NCBI GenBank assembly: GCA_964474835.1
Contig: CAYYUA010000011.1
Location: 1,439-65,438 of the forward strand
Direction of reading: 5' to 3'
Length of the DNA stretch: 64,000 bases
Source of the DNA: an uncultured Sphingobacteriales bacterium
Lineage (GTDB): Bacteria > Bacteroidota > Bacteroidia > CAILMK01 > CAYYUA01
This document shows, in pieces, positions 9,265 to 18,342 of the stretch; the first letter of the stretch is position 1; each line of letters opens with the position of its first letter. Below the pieces are notes generated by a model. That model was not told the DNA's origin, did not search any database, and worked only from the letters and a program-made list of their open reading frames with translations. The position numbers were made by a program, and so were the translations under genes.

Positions 9265-11355
9265 ATGAGTAACGAAGAGAAAAACGCTAACCAAAACGAG
9301 GAAGCTGTATCGGATGCCACATCCGGGCAGCAGGATGTATCCCCACAAGCTGGCCCCGGGCCAGAAGAGGAGGCTAAGGCCCACGTTCCGGAAAACATCC
9401 AGCCAGATCCGGAATTCAACTGGGACAAGTATGAGTCCGGTGAGTCCGAGTACTCAGATGAAGAGAAGAAGCAGCTGGAAAGCCTTTACACACAGAACCT
9501 GAGTGTTGTGGGCGAGCGTCAGCTAATACCCGGTACCGTGGTAAATATCACTGACCGGGATGTGGTCCTTAACATTGGCTTTAAGTCCGATGGCCTGGTA
9601 CCACTCTCTGAGTTTAAAGACCGGGAGAGCCTAAACATTGGCGATGAGGTTGAAGTACTGGTAGAAGAACCAGAAGATGAGAATGGACAGCTAGTCCTAT
9701 CCTATAAAAAAGGTCAGGCCGAACGCGCCTGGGAAACTATCGTGGACGCCTACGAGAATGATAAGATCCTCAATGGCTACGTCCGCGGCCGCACTAAAGG
9801 CGGTATGATTGTAGATCTGCTGGGGCTGGATGCTTTCATGCCGGGCTCGCAGATCGATATCAAGCCTATCAAGGATTACGATGCCTTCGTTGGGCAGCAC
9901 ATGGATATCAAGGTAGTTAAGCTTAACTACGCTTTCCGCAACATCGTAGTCTCTCACAAGGCAATCATTGAAAGTGACCTGGAGCAACAAAAGACCGATA
10001 TTCTTTCCAAGCTTGAGAAAGGACAGGTCCTGGAAGGCACGGTTAAGAACTTAACTTCCTTTGGAGTCTTTGTGGACCTTGGCGGGGTTGATGGCCTGGT
10101 ACACATTACCGATGTGTCCTGGGGCCGTATCAATCACCCGGAAGAAGTGCTGGAGCTCGGGCAAAAGCTCAACACTGTTGTGCTGGACTTCGACCAGGAA
10201 AAGAAGCGCATTTCCCTGGGCCTGAAGCAGTTAACTTCCCATCCGTGGGAAACGCTGCCTGAGGAAATTCAGGAAGGTACACAGGTCAAGGGTAAGGTTG
10301 TGAACATCGAGGATTATGGCGCTTTTGTCGAGATCCACCCTGGTGTTGAAGGACTGGTACACGTTTCCGAAATGTCCTGGTCGCAGCATCTGAAGTCACC
10401 TGAGCAGTACGTCAGCCTTGGCTCGGAGGTGGATGCGGTTGTGCTGAGCATTGACCGTGAAGAGCGGAAGCTCTCCCTCGGTATGAAGCAGCTAACAACA
10501 GACCCATGGGACGGCATAGAAGAGAAATACCCGACAAACACTACCCATTTAGCCACGGTCCGCAGCATTACCAACTTTGGGCTCTTTATGGAGCTGGAAG
10601 AAGGGGTTGATGGCTTGGTTCACATCTCCGATTTGTCCTGGACTAAGAAGTATAACCATCCGAATGAGTTCACCAAGCTGGGTGATCAACTGGAGGTGAA
10701 GGTCCTGGATATTGACAAAGACAACCGGCGGCTCAGCCTTGGCATCAAGCAGCTTGAGGATGATCCGTGGGACAACTTCGAGAGCATCTTCTATGTGGAC
10801 TCTGTTCATGAAGGAACGATCAACCGGATTGAGGATAAGGGCGCTATCGTAGAAATGCCCTATGGTTTAGAGGCGTTTGCCCCGAACAAGCACCTGCATA
10901 AGGAAGACAAGGTCAAGGTTCAGGAAGAAGAAACCCTCGAATTCAAGGTTATCGAGTTCGATAAATCCAACCGGAAGATTATCGTTTCCCATACTGATGT
11001 ATGGAAAGAACGGGAGCGGGCCCGCAAGCAGGCTGACAAGCAGCAGCAGCAAAAAGAAGAGGCGGAAACCCGTGAGAATGTAGAGAAGGTGAAATCCAAG
11101 GTGGAAACACCGCAACTGGGCGAAGAAAATGCAGCCCTGTCCTCCCTGCGTGAGAAGATGAAAGAAGAGGAAAAGGAAAAGCAGCAGGAAGCCATTGAGA
11201 AAATGGAGCAAAAGCAGCAGGACGAGGAAAGCGATGATCAATCTGACCAATCCGCTGACAGCGAATCCACTGACCAGTCTGAGTCAAATGATGATGACAA
11301 GCCGGAAGGTAGTGGTAGCGAGTCAGAGGATGATAGCAAAAACCAGAACAGCTAA
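9265..11355 (+). CDS. rpsA: 30S ribosomal protein S1 with extended acidic low-complexity C-terminal tail
   Basis: Six S1 domains (repeated GxVxxI..FGxFV, GLVHxS motifs). The last ~110 aa are E/K/Q/D/S-rich. Confidence 0.9.
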   Translation: MSNEEKNANQNEEAVSDATSGQQDVSPQAGPGPEEEAKAHVPENIQPDPEFNWDKYESGESEYSDEEKKQLESLYTQNLSVVGERQLIPGTVVNITDRDVVLNIGFKSDGLVPLSEFKDRESLNIGDEVEVLVEEPEDENGQLVLSYKKGQAERAWETIVDAYENDKILNGYVRGRTKGGMIVDLLGLDAFMPGSQIDIKPIKDYDAFVGQHMDIKVVKLNYAFRNIVVSHKAIIESDLEQQKTDILSKLEKGQVLEGTVKNLTSFGVFVDLGGVDGLVHITDVSWGRINHPEEVLELGQKLNTVVLDFDQEKKRISLGLKQLTSHPWETLPEEIQEGTQVKGKVVNIEDYGAFVEIHPGVEGLVHVSEMSWSQHLKSPEQYVSLGSEVDAVVLSIDREERKLSLGMKQLTTDPWDGIEEKYPTNTTHLATVRSITNFGLFMELEEGVDGLVHISDLSWTKKYNHPNEFTKLGDQLEVKVLDIDKDNRRLSLGIKQLEDDPWDNFESIFYVDSVHEGTINRIEDKGAIVEMPYGLEAFAPNKHLHKEDKVKVQEEETLEFKVIEFDKSNRKIIVSHTDVWKERERARKQADKQQQQKEEAETRENVEKVKSKVETPQLGEENAALSSLREKMKEEEKEKQQEAIEKMEQKQQDEESDDQSDQSADSESTDQSESNDDDKPEGSGSESEDDSKNQNS

Positions 11356-11393
11356 CCCGGTTAGTTCCTGACGGTTCTGGATTTTTCTGAAAA

Positions 11394-11427
11394 GCCCGCT
11401 TCTCTGTTTCAGAGAGCGGGTTTTTTT
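11394..11427. terminator. Bidirectional rho-independent terminator between rpsA and the convergent DUF2147 gene
   Basis: gcccgcttctctg..cagagagcggg stem followed by TTTTTTT. Confidence 0.75.
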
Positions 11428-11884
11428 ATGGCTGGTAGCGCTTCCAGTAGGTGGAGCGCCCCACCATGCTGATGCCAACATAGCCCCGGATCTTCAGCTT
11501 ATCCGGGCTCACCAGTTCAGCGTAGCATTTGTAGGTCTTGCCCTTGTTTGGGTCGTAGATCTTACCCCCTTCCCACTGATTTTCTTCGGGCTTGTAGGCC
11601 AATCCCTTCAGCAGGGTTATGCCCAGAATAGTACGGTCACGCTTTTCCGGGTCTGGATTGTTGATATCCCGGTCCAGGGAATCCCCACCCCGCTTGTTTT
11701 CCGTCCATATAAGCTTTCCGTAGTACTTGCCGTCCTTGTGCCGGCTGATGCGGACACGTCCATCTTTTTCAGCAGTTACCCATACACCGGTGATCTGATC
11801 GGCAGGATTCTGAGCAAGGGAGCTTTCTGAGCCAATGAAGAGGCAGAATAGCAGGCCCGGTACTAACCATCTGAAGCATCGCAT
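11426..11884 (-). CDS. DUF2147 domain secreted protein
   Basis: Signal peptide. ITGVW, GKYYGKL and GGKIYDPNKGKTYKC...IRGYVG match the DUF2147 pattern. Confidence 0.75.
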   Translation of the reverse strand: MRCFRWLVPGLLFCLFIGSESSLAQNPADQITGVWVTAEKDGRVRISRHKDGKYYGKLIWTENKRGGDSLDRDINNPDPEKRDRTILGITLLKGLAYKPEENQWEGGKIYDPNKGKTYKCYAELVSPDKLKIRGYVGISMVGRSTYWKRYQP

Positions 11885-11885
11885 A

Positions 11886-13454
11886 TCAAGGTTGCTGATT
11901 ACTGGTGGTTGATTTTAGCTCAAAGGGAAGGAAAAGATCTGCTACTTTCCGTGGCCGGTGCTTAGTAAGCCATAAAAAACCCGGAAACCGGAACTCTTTG
12001 GGATCGCTACTACCAATGGGGTAAATCGTGGCATCGGGCTTATCCAGAAAGTGAATGGCGCTGATTTCCTGTTCCTCGAAAAGTACCCGTATAATGCTGG
12101 ATTTGATCTTATTGATGCCGATGTATTTATCCGCATCGTCAGTGGGATAATAGATAGCCTCCGCATCACCGGAAACCCGCATGCGCCTGATCACATTGTC
12201 CTTAAAATAGCCAGTTACCTGCTGCCCCTTCACCTGATTGTAAAGCTCCCCCTGCTCCTTATCGATAATAAAGGCGTCATTATCAATGATCAGACGCTCG
12301 ATGGTGCCCTCGCCATCAGTCCGGATGCGCATGGTCTGCCCGGTCAGCTGATAGTTCTCATACCACATTACAGGCTGTTGGTACAGGTATATCGTAGAGT
12401 CAGCTGTCCGGTAAACCATAGAGTCAGCCTGGGCCTGAAACTGCCTGTTGTACAAGCGGGCTCCGTAATACCCTTTTAGCAAGCGGCTCCCGGTTGAGTC
12501 AAATGTGTTTTTAAGCGTATCCGCATGCAGGTAGAAGGTATCATTCTGGTTCCGCTGCTGCGCTAAGGCACTGTCAGTAAGGTACGAAGAGCCGGGTGCA
12601 GTTTGGTAGAAGGTTCGCTCACCAGTCAGGGTAATGCTGCGGGCAGTATCGATCATCCGGACGTTCTGCATCGCACGCCCCCGGGATCGGCCCCGGTCAT
12701 AGTAAAGACTATCAGCGTACAGCTCCCGGTGCCCGGAGCGCAGATAGGTATCTTCCCCGAGCCGGGCTATGCCATCCTCCGTATTGTACCAACCGGATTC
12801 ACAGTAGAGGTAGTTGGTGTCACTTGTGATGCGGGTAGGGCTGTAGAAGTAGGCCTTGCTGGTGGGCGTGTAGTACGCAAGGGTATCGCTCCGCATAACG
12901 TAATCCGGGTTCGTCAGCTTTACGCTATCAGCAAAGGCAAAGCGCTTGGCAGCCGTACGGTAGTAGCCCCGGCGGCTCGTTAAGGTGTTGGCTGAATCCA
13001 CGATTTTGCCGCCCGACAGGTAGAAGGCCCGCTTTCTGGCTATGTTGTAGTGGAGGGTGTCAGTGGTCAGGGTTACCTTTTCTGTCGTTTCCTTTAGCCG
13101 GACGGAATCGCGCATTACAGCTTTCCGGGTATTGCCGTTGTAGCGAAGAAAGGCCCCGCGCAGGCGCAGGGTATCCCCTTGGTTGATGTAAACGTTGCTG
13201 AATGCCTTAATCCGGTTTTCGTCCTGAAACTGGTAAGCACTATCACACTGCATACGAACGCCTTTCTGGCGAAAGCGCACATCCCCTAGTAGCTTCCGGA
13301 CCTTTCGCCCATCGCGCTGTGTATACCGAAGGGTGTTGGCATTCTCGATCCGGATGCGGGTGGTACTGTCAGTTTGGGCTACCACGGGCTTTGTGCCCAG
13401 TAGCAGCATCCCGATCAATAATAACCATCCGCCTGAGCGAAGCGGCCCTGCCAT
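11886..13454 (-). CDS. OstA-like (LptA/LptD N-terminal fold) secreted protein
   Basis: Start trimmed to MAGPLRSGGWLLLIGMLLL, a signal peptide. Repeating beta-jellyroll-like motifs typical of the OstA_N family. Only 1 nt separates it from the downstream DUF2147 gene. Confidence 0.6.
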   Translation of the reverse strand: MAGPLRSGGWLLLIGMLLLGTKPVVAQTDSTTRIRIENANTLRYTQRDGRKVRKLLGDVRFRQKGVRMQCDSAYQFQDENRIKAFSNVYINQGDTLRLRGAFLRYNGNTRKAVMRDSVRLKETTEKVTLTTDTLHYNIARKRAFYLSGGKIVDSANTLTSRRGYYRTAAKRFAFADSVKLTNPDYVMRSDTLAYYTPTSKAYFYSPTRITSDTNYLYCESGWYNTEDGIARLGEDTYLRSGHRELYADSLYYDRGRSRGRAMQNVRMIDTARSITLTGERTFYQTAPGSSYLTDSALAQQRNQNDTFYLHADTLKNTFDSTGSRLLKGYYGARLYNRQFQAQADSMVYRTADSTIYLYQQPVMWYENYQLTGQTMRIRTDGEGTIERLIIDNDAFIIDKEQGELYNQVKGQQVTGYFKDNVIRRMRVSGDAEAIYYPTDDADKYIGINKIKSSIIRVLFEEQEISAIHFLDKPDATIYPIGSSDPKEFRFPGFLWLTKHRPRKVADLFLPFELKSTTSNQQP

Positions 13455-13494
13455 GTCGCGCGTGCTTTTCTGAGAACAAAGGGCAAAAATACAG

Positions 13495-14130
13495 CTAAAC
13501 CGCTGCCTGAGGCCTGACCAGCGCCTGCTGGGAAAAACGGTAATAGCGGCCTGTATCAACTTCCAGGGCATTGTACCGGGTGCGTTGTTTGCTTAGCCGC
13601 TGAAAGAGGCGATGCCCCTGCCAGTAAAAATAGCCCTGAAAGGGAACCTCACTGATAAACACCTCGTCCTGCTGCTTATCGTACATCCTCAGGGCGCGGC
13701 TAAGGGTGGGGCTTGAGCAGGTAGCAGCTGCCGGATTCTGCAGATACGCCTCAAGCGCCCTGCTGACTGTTTCAGGAAAGTAGCCGCGCTCCTGGAAAGG
13801 CATCAGGATACAGCGGAATAGGGCTTTCCACTCGGGTCCGTGCGGTTGAATATTCGCCAGGTTATACTGCTCATGCGCCTCCAGATGGGCCAGCTCATGA
13901 AGAAGGGTTACCAGAAAGGCGTAAGGATTCAGGTCGCAGTTAATCGTAATACGGTGGCCAATCCCACAGCCCTTTTGCGGTGGGCGGTAATCACCCTTTT
14001 TGGTCTTGCGGGGCTTAGTGATTATCAGCTTAAGGGTATGAGGCGCCAGCAATGCAGCTACTTCATCTGCAGCTCCCACTGGCAGGTAGGGCTGTAATTG
14101 GCTGGCTGTAGTAGAGCTGGTGTCCGGCAC
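13495..14130 (-). CDS. SprT-like zinc metallopeptidase-fold protein
   Basis: HELAHLEAH zinc motif with flanking SprT-like conserved segments. Confidence 0.65.
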   Translation of the reverse strand: MPDTSSTTASQLQPYLPVGAADEVAALLAPHTLKLIITKPRKTKKGDYRPPQKGCGIGHRITINCDLNPYAFLVTLLHELAHLEAHEQYNLANIQPHGPEWKALFRCILMPFQERGYFPETVSRALEAYLQNPAAATCSSPTLSRALRMYDKQQDEVFISEVPFQGYFYWQGHRLFQRLSKQRTRYNALEVDTGRYYRFSQQALVRPQAAV

Positions 14131-14320
14131 TACTGCACAATTTTTAGAGCTAAATTAAAGATGAAAGCTTTTTTACCAGACCATGGTCAAGCCCTTTCCT
14201 TTTGCCTTAATATGAGGTCAGCAGTTCCAGCTTTTTAACAGGCCTTTGCCGGCACCTATGGATAACTGGGAACAGGGCGTTTCCTTTGTATAGGAGGGTG
14301 GATAAAAGCCCGCTTAAGAC

Positions 14321-14803
14321 ATGGATACGTTCCTGATCATCGCTGGAGGGATTCTGCTGTTAATCGGGTTTCTGGGAGGCATCCTGCCGGTAATCCCGGG
14401 GCCGCCGGTTAGCTACCTGGGGCTGTTGGCCCTGCACTTTACTGAACGGTACGATTTATCCGGCAACCTTTTGCTGATGTATGCCGGGCTGGCAGCCTTT
14501 GTGATGCTGCTGGACTTTGTCATTCCACTGATCGGGAGCAGGCAGTTCGGGGCCTCGAAATATGGCATCTGGGGCTGCGGCATTGGAGGTGTCTTAGGGG
14601 CGGTATTCTTTCCACCACTCGGCATCCTGATCGGCCCTTTCCTGGGTGGGGTGATTGGTGAGTTAGTCTACGGCAAAACCAACAGGGAAGCTCTCAGGGC
14701 TGGCCTGGGTGCTTTCCTGGGCTTTCTGGCCGGCACTGTTATCAAGCTGGTGGTATCAGGGATGATGATCTATCATTATGTGGTGAACCTTATCAGCGGA
14801 TGA
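14321..14803 (+). CDS. DUF456 family membrane protein
   Basis: 160 aa with four TM helices. The IIAGGILLLIGFLGGILPVIPGP N-terminus is characteristic of DUF456. Confidence 0.65.
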   Translation: MDTFLIIAGGILLLIGFLGGILPVIPGPPVSYLGLLALHFTERYDLSGNLLLMYAGLAAFVMLLDFVIPLIGSRQFGASKYGIWGCGIGGVLGAVFFPPLGILIGPFLGGVIGELVYGKTNREALRAGLGAFLGFLAGTVIKLVVSGMMIYHYVVNLISG

Positions 14804-15798
14804 GCCCTGAGCAGTTACAGGAAGCACTGGCTCCTTACGTGGTGCCATGGCCAGTGACCACACGGCTGCACCAGGCTAACGCCTATTTTCCGGAAGATTG
14901 CTGGATCAAGCGGGAGGACGAGCACAGCGGAGGTATCATCGGCACGAAGTACCGGAAGTTTACCGGCCTGGTGGCCTACTGGCGCAGAGCAGGTATCCGT
15001 CACCTGCTGATCTGGGGCAGCGCTTCTTCTAACAATGTTATGGGACTGGTTCAGCTGGCCAACGAAGAAGGCCTTACCTACACCCTCTGCCTGCTGGCTA
15101 ACCAGCATCCGCCCGCTTTCACAGGTAATCACCTGTGGCTGCAGCTGTTAGCCCGCCCGGGCGCTGCCGTTCACTACATTGACCGGGAAACGTGGCATAC
15201 GTATCAGCTCCCGCAGCCACTGAAGCAGGCCTCTCACCTTACAATTCCGGAAGGAGCACAAATGCCAGCGGCTTTGCCTGGCTGCCTGCTATTGGCCAAA
15301 GAGCTTATGGATCAGGAGGCAGCTTATGGCGTATCGTTCTCGCATATCTTTATTGATAGCGGGAAGGGGCTAACGGCTATTGGCCTGTTACTGGGCTTAG
15401 CCCTGCTCGGTAACACGGATAAGAGCGTGCACATTACGCTGATGGCAGGAAGTGAGGCGGCCTTGCGGAATGAATTGGCGAGGTTCCAGAGGATATTGCC
15501 TGATTACCAGCTTTCGGCTGATGAACTGGCTTTTCCGCTCTTCTATTGCTATAGCCCGCCAACAGCTCGCTCGTTCGGGGCCGTGAATCGGACCATTCTT
15601 CAACAGGTCAGGGCTTTTGCCCGGATGGAGGGCATTCTGACTGATCCTATTTACGGAGCCAAGCACGCCTGCTCAGCTGCCTGGATCATGGCGGATTACA
15701 AGCTGGAGGGAGCTAAGCTTTTTATTCACAACGGGGGTGGCTTGAGTGTCAGCGGCTTTCAGGATAAGCTTACACCACTGGCTACTCAACCTGAGTAA
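14800..15798 (+). CDS. PLP-dependent 1-aminocyclopropane-1-carboxylate deaminase / D-cysteine desulfhydrase family protein
   Basis: IKREDEHSGGIIGTKYRK matches the KRDD..GGNKxRK lysine motif region. The ATGA start overlaps the DUF456 stop. Confidence 0.65.
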   Translation: MSPEQLQEALAPYVVPWPVTTRLHQANAYFPEDCWIKREDEHSGGIIGTKYRKFTGLVAYWRRAGIRHLLIWGSASSNNVMGLVQLANEEGLTYTLCLLANQHPPAFTGNHLWLQLLARPGAAVHYIDRETWHTYQLPQPLKQASHLTIPEGAQMPAALPGCLLLAKELMDQEAAYGVSFSHIFIDSGKGLTAIGLLLGLALLGNTDKSVHITLMAGSEAALRNELARFQRILPDYQLSADELAFPLFYCYSPPTARSFGAVNRTILQQVRAFARMEGILTDPIYGAKHACSAAWIMADYKLEGAKLFIHNGGGLSVSGFQDKLTPLATQPE

Positions 15799-16219
15799 GG
15801 ACCAATTCGCCCTTAATACGCTCGAAGCTAAGGGTCTGGGGGCCATCTTTGCTAACGTTAGGCAGGCTAACCTTGTAAAGGGATTCCTGATGGTCTGCAT
15901 CTTTTTGATGCCGGAACCGGGGAAGCTCTTCCTTCAGGTTGGATGATTGGTTCAGGGCCTTACACAGAGAAGTGCGGAGTGCCTTCACTGAGCGCTTATC
16001 CTTGTCTGCGTAGTGGTCATCCATAGCTGGCTGATCGCGCTGGGTAAGCAGGTTAAACGCCTTACCGCAATCCTGCTTCTTCACCAGCTCGTGGGCGCGG
16101 GTGACCTTTGCTTTCAGGATTCGCTGATCTTTTGAGTAAATCTCAAAATAGGTGAAGGCCAGCGAGACCATCAGCAGAAGCGCTGCATAAACTGCGTAAA
16201 AGCCCTTCATAGATGCCAT
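15782..16219 (-). CDS. Hypothetical membrane-anchored protein
   Basis: N-terminal TM helix (FYAVYAALLLMVSLAFTYF), remainder charged; no identifiable domain. Confidence 0.4.
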   Translation of the reverse strand: MASMKGFYAVYAALLLMVSLAFTYFEIYSKDQRILKAKVTRAHELVKKQDCGKAFNLLTQRDQPAMDDHYADKDKRSVKALRTSLCKALNQSSNLKEELPRFRHQKDADHQESLYKVSLPNVSKDGPQTLSFERIKGELVLTQVE

Positions 16220-16269
16220 GATCGATTGAATTCCTTCACCAATGTAGGGATAAGATCAGGCTTTGTCAA

Positions 16270-16935
16270 TCACCTGCCTGACCTGAAGAAATTCAGTAGC
16301 TCCTCGGGATGCGCAAGTATAGTGTGAGCGCCCTCCTGCCACAGTTCTTCCTTCGGCCGGAAACCCCACTCAACACCAAGGGGTAGCATACCAGCTCGCC
16401 GGGCCGTCTGAATATCTGTAGGTGTATCACCCACATATAGAATATCCGAAGGGGCAAAGCCAAGTTCATCAGCAATGTTATAAGCGTTGGTCGGATCTGG
16501 CTTTACAGGCACGCCAGCCTGCGCACCAACTACCGGCGCCAGCTGCTTGGCGCTGAAGAAATGGTTTACCACATGGTTAGCCTTTTCATGCTCTTTATTG
16601 GAAAGCACTGCTTTAGGAGTCTGCCACTCCTGTAGCTGCTGAAGGATCGGCTCAATTCCGGAGTAAGGCCGGGTTTTGCTTGTCATACGCTGGGTGTAGT
16701 ACATAACCACCTTATCCCGGAAGGCCTGGAAAAAGGCCTGGTCTTCAGCGTGCCTGCCCAGTATCAGCTCCAGGAGCTCATCCAGGCCGGCTCCTACCAA
16801 TACACGGTAGCGTTCGATAGGCTGCGCTGCCCATCCATACTGCTCCAGCGTCAGGTTAACAGCATCAGCAATATCGGCTACGGTATCCAGAAGGGTTCCG
16901 TCCAGATCAAAGATCACAGCCTTGTATCCCGGCAT
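16270..16935 (-). CDS. HAD-IA family hydrolase (phosphoglycolate phosphatase-like)
   Basis: DxDGTLxD motif I (VIFDLDGTLLDT) and later HAD motifs. Confidence 0.8.
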   Translation of the reverse strand: MPGYKAVIFDLDGTLLDTVADIADAVNLTLEQYGWAAQPIERYRVLVGAGLDELLELILGRHAEDQAFFQAFRDKVVMYYTQRMTSKTRPYSGIEPILQQLQEWQTPKAVLSNKEHEKANHVVNHFFSAKQLAPVVGAQAGVPVKPDPTNAYNIADELGFAPSDILYVGDTPTDIQTARRAGMLPLGVEWGFRPKEELWQEGAHTILAHPEELLNFFRSGR

Positions 16936-16968
16936 ATTTTATTGGTAAGGTTTAGTCGCTGAATGCGT

Positions 16969-18063
16969 TTACTCCGATTGGGGTTGAGAAGGCTGCTTAC
17001 GGCATACCTTGGTAAAGTAGCGCATGGCCTGCTTAGAACCCCGGTTAATAGCCCCCTGCCAGGCCCGGCAGGCTCTCTGGAGCTCATTTTGCTCGTAGTG
17101 AACGCTTCCTTTGAAAAAGTAAGCCTGGCCATCCTCCGCATTCAGGTCTATGGCTTTTTTCAGGTCATCCAGAGCTGCCTGATACCGGTCCAGCTTAGCG
17201 TGTGCCAGTCCGCGCATCCGGTACGCTTTGGACGAGCCGGGCTCCTTGCTTAAGTAGCGATCAAAATCTTTTACAGAAGCTTCGTATTGGTTTAGCTGCC
17301 CATACGTGTAGCCCCGCTTCAGGTATGCCTGCCAATAGTCAGGTTTTACAGCAATAGCAGAGTCAAAAGCCTTTAGCGCCTGCTCAAACCGCTCTTGCTG
17401 ATGAAGCAGGACGCCCCGGTAGTAGTGGGAACGGTAGGCCCTGGAATTCAGGGCTAAGGACTCGTTAAAGGCCTCCAGCGCCTGCTCTGGCTTCCCCCGC
17501 TCGATGTACGCACGCCCGGCAAAGTGATAGGCGTTTTCCAGATGCTGCTTTTGCTGAAAGGCTGATTTCCTCCGGAACATTTTCCGGAAGGTAGTCAGGG
17601 CACCCTCATAGTCCTGAAGGTTAAAAAGGAGGTAACCCTTGTTAAAGCAGGCCTGCCCGGCTGCGGAGTCCAGGCGGATAGCTTGGTTAAGATCGGTTAG
17701 GGCCTTATTCGGGTTGTTAAGGTCCATATGACTCATACCCCGGTAGGTGTAAGCCGCCACTTGTTGCTGTTCCCGTTCAATTAGCTGGGTAAAGTCAGCA
17801 ATGGCTTTTTCCGGCCTGCGCTGCCGCTGATAGGTCATCCCCCTGGCCAGGTAAGCCGCTTCCGGATTGTCCGATAGCTTAATAGCCTTTGTAAAGCACT
17901 TCAGGGCTTTGGCATTGTTTTTTTCCTCAAAAGCTTTGGTTCCTTTTTGGTACCAGTTCTTATCGGAGGGCTGAGCATTGCTCAGACTTACACAGGCTAA
18001 AACCAGCAAAAAGGAGCCATATTTGCCCGCCCATTTCATGAAAAAAGGAGGTTGTGATTGCAT
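16969..18063 (-). CDS. Tetratricopeptide-repeat secreted protein
   Basis: Signal peptide plus repeated 34-aa TPR units (A..Y..G..Y...A...F). Confidence 0.75.
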   Translation of the reverse strand: MQSQPPFFMKWAGKYGSFLLVLACVSLSNAQPSDKNWYQKGTKAFEEKNNAKALKCFTKAIKLSDNPEAAYLARGMTYQRQRRPEKAIADFTQLIEREQQQVAAYTYRGMSHMDLNNPNKALTDLNQAIRLDSAAGQACFNKGYLLFNLQDYEGALTTFRKMFRRKSAFQQKQHLENAYHFAGRAYIERGKPEQALEAFNESLALNSRAYRSHYYRGVLLHQQERFEQALKAFDSAIAVKPDYWQAYLKRGYTYGQLNQYEASVKDFDRYLSKEPGSSKAYRMRGLAHAKLDRYQAALDDLKKAIDLNAEDGQAYFFKGSVHYEQNELQRACRAWQGAINRGSKQAMRYFTKVCRKQPSQPQSE

Positions 18064-18248
18064 TCAGAAGGTTAACGATTTCATCAAAATTACGATTCCG
18101 GCCTTTTCCAGCAACGTCAACAGGGTTTCTGGAATGTGCAGGCAACGGCAGAACGACAGGTTTGCTCGCACAGCAACCAGTTATGACACACCCGCGACAG
18201 GGAATTTTTGAACATCATGCCAATTCTCACTTGTCAGGGAGGAAGAAC

Positions 18249-18293
18249 ATGAGAAAAATCATTGTTCTAACCTGTTACACAAGGGTTATTTGA
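18249..18293 (+). other. Candidate 14-codon leader uORF (MRKIIVLTCYTRVI) with GGAGG SD in the hemA 5' leader
   Basis: cagggaggaagaacATGagaaaaatcattgttctaacctgttacacaagggttatttga sits 50 nt upstream of the hemA ATG. Confidence 0.3.
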
Positions 18294-18342
18294 TAGGATT
18301 GGGATCAGCTTTGAAAAGCTTAAACAAACCCAAAGCCAAACA

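Noticed and set aside
10867-11287. Several nested minus-strand ORFs inside the 3' end of rpsA
   Set aside because: They are artefacts of the low-complexity GAA/AAG-rich tail of S1, fully contained within a high-confidence gene.
13455-13571. N-terminal extension of the OstA-like ORF overlapping the SprT-like gene
   Set aside because: The internal Met at 13454 is followed by a classical signal peptide, and the extension would overlap the upstream gene by 77 nt.
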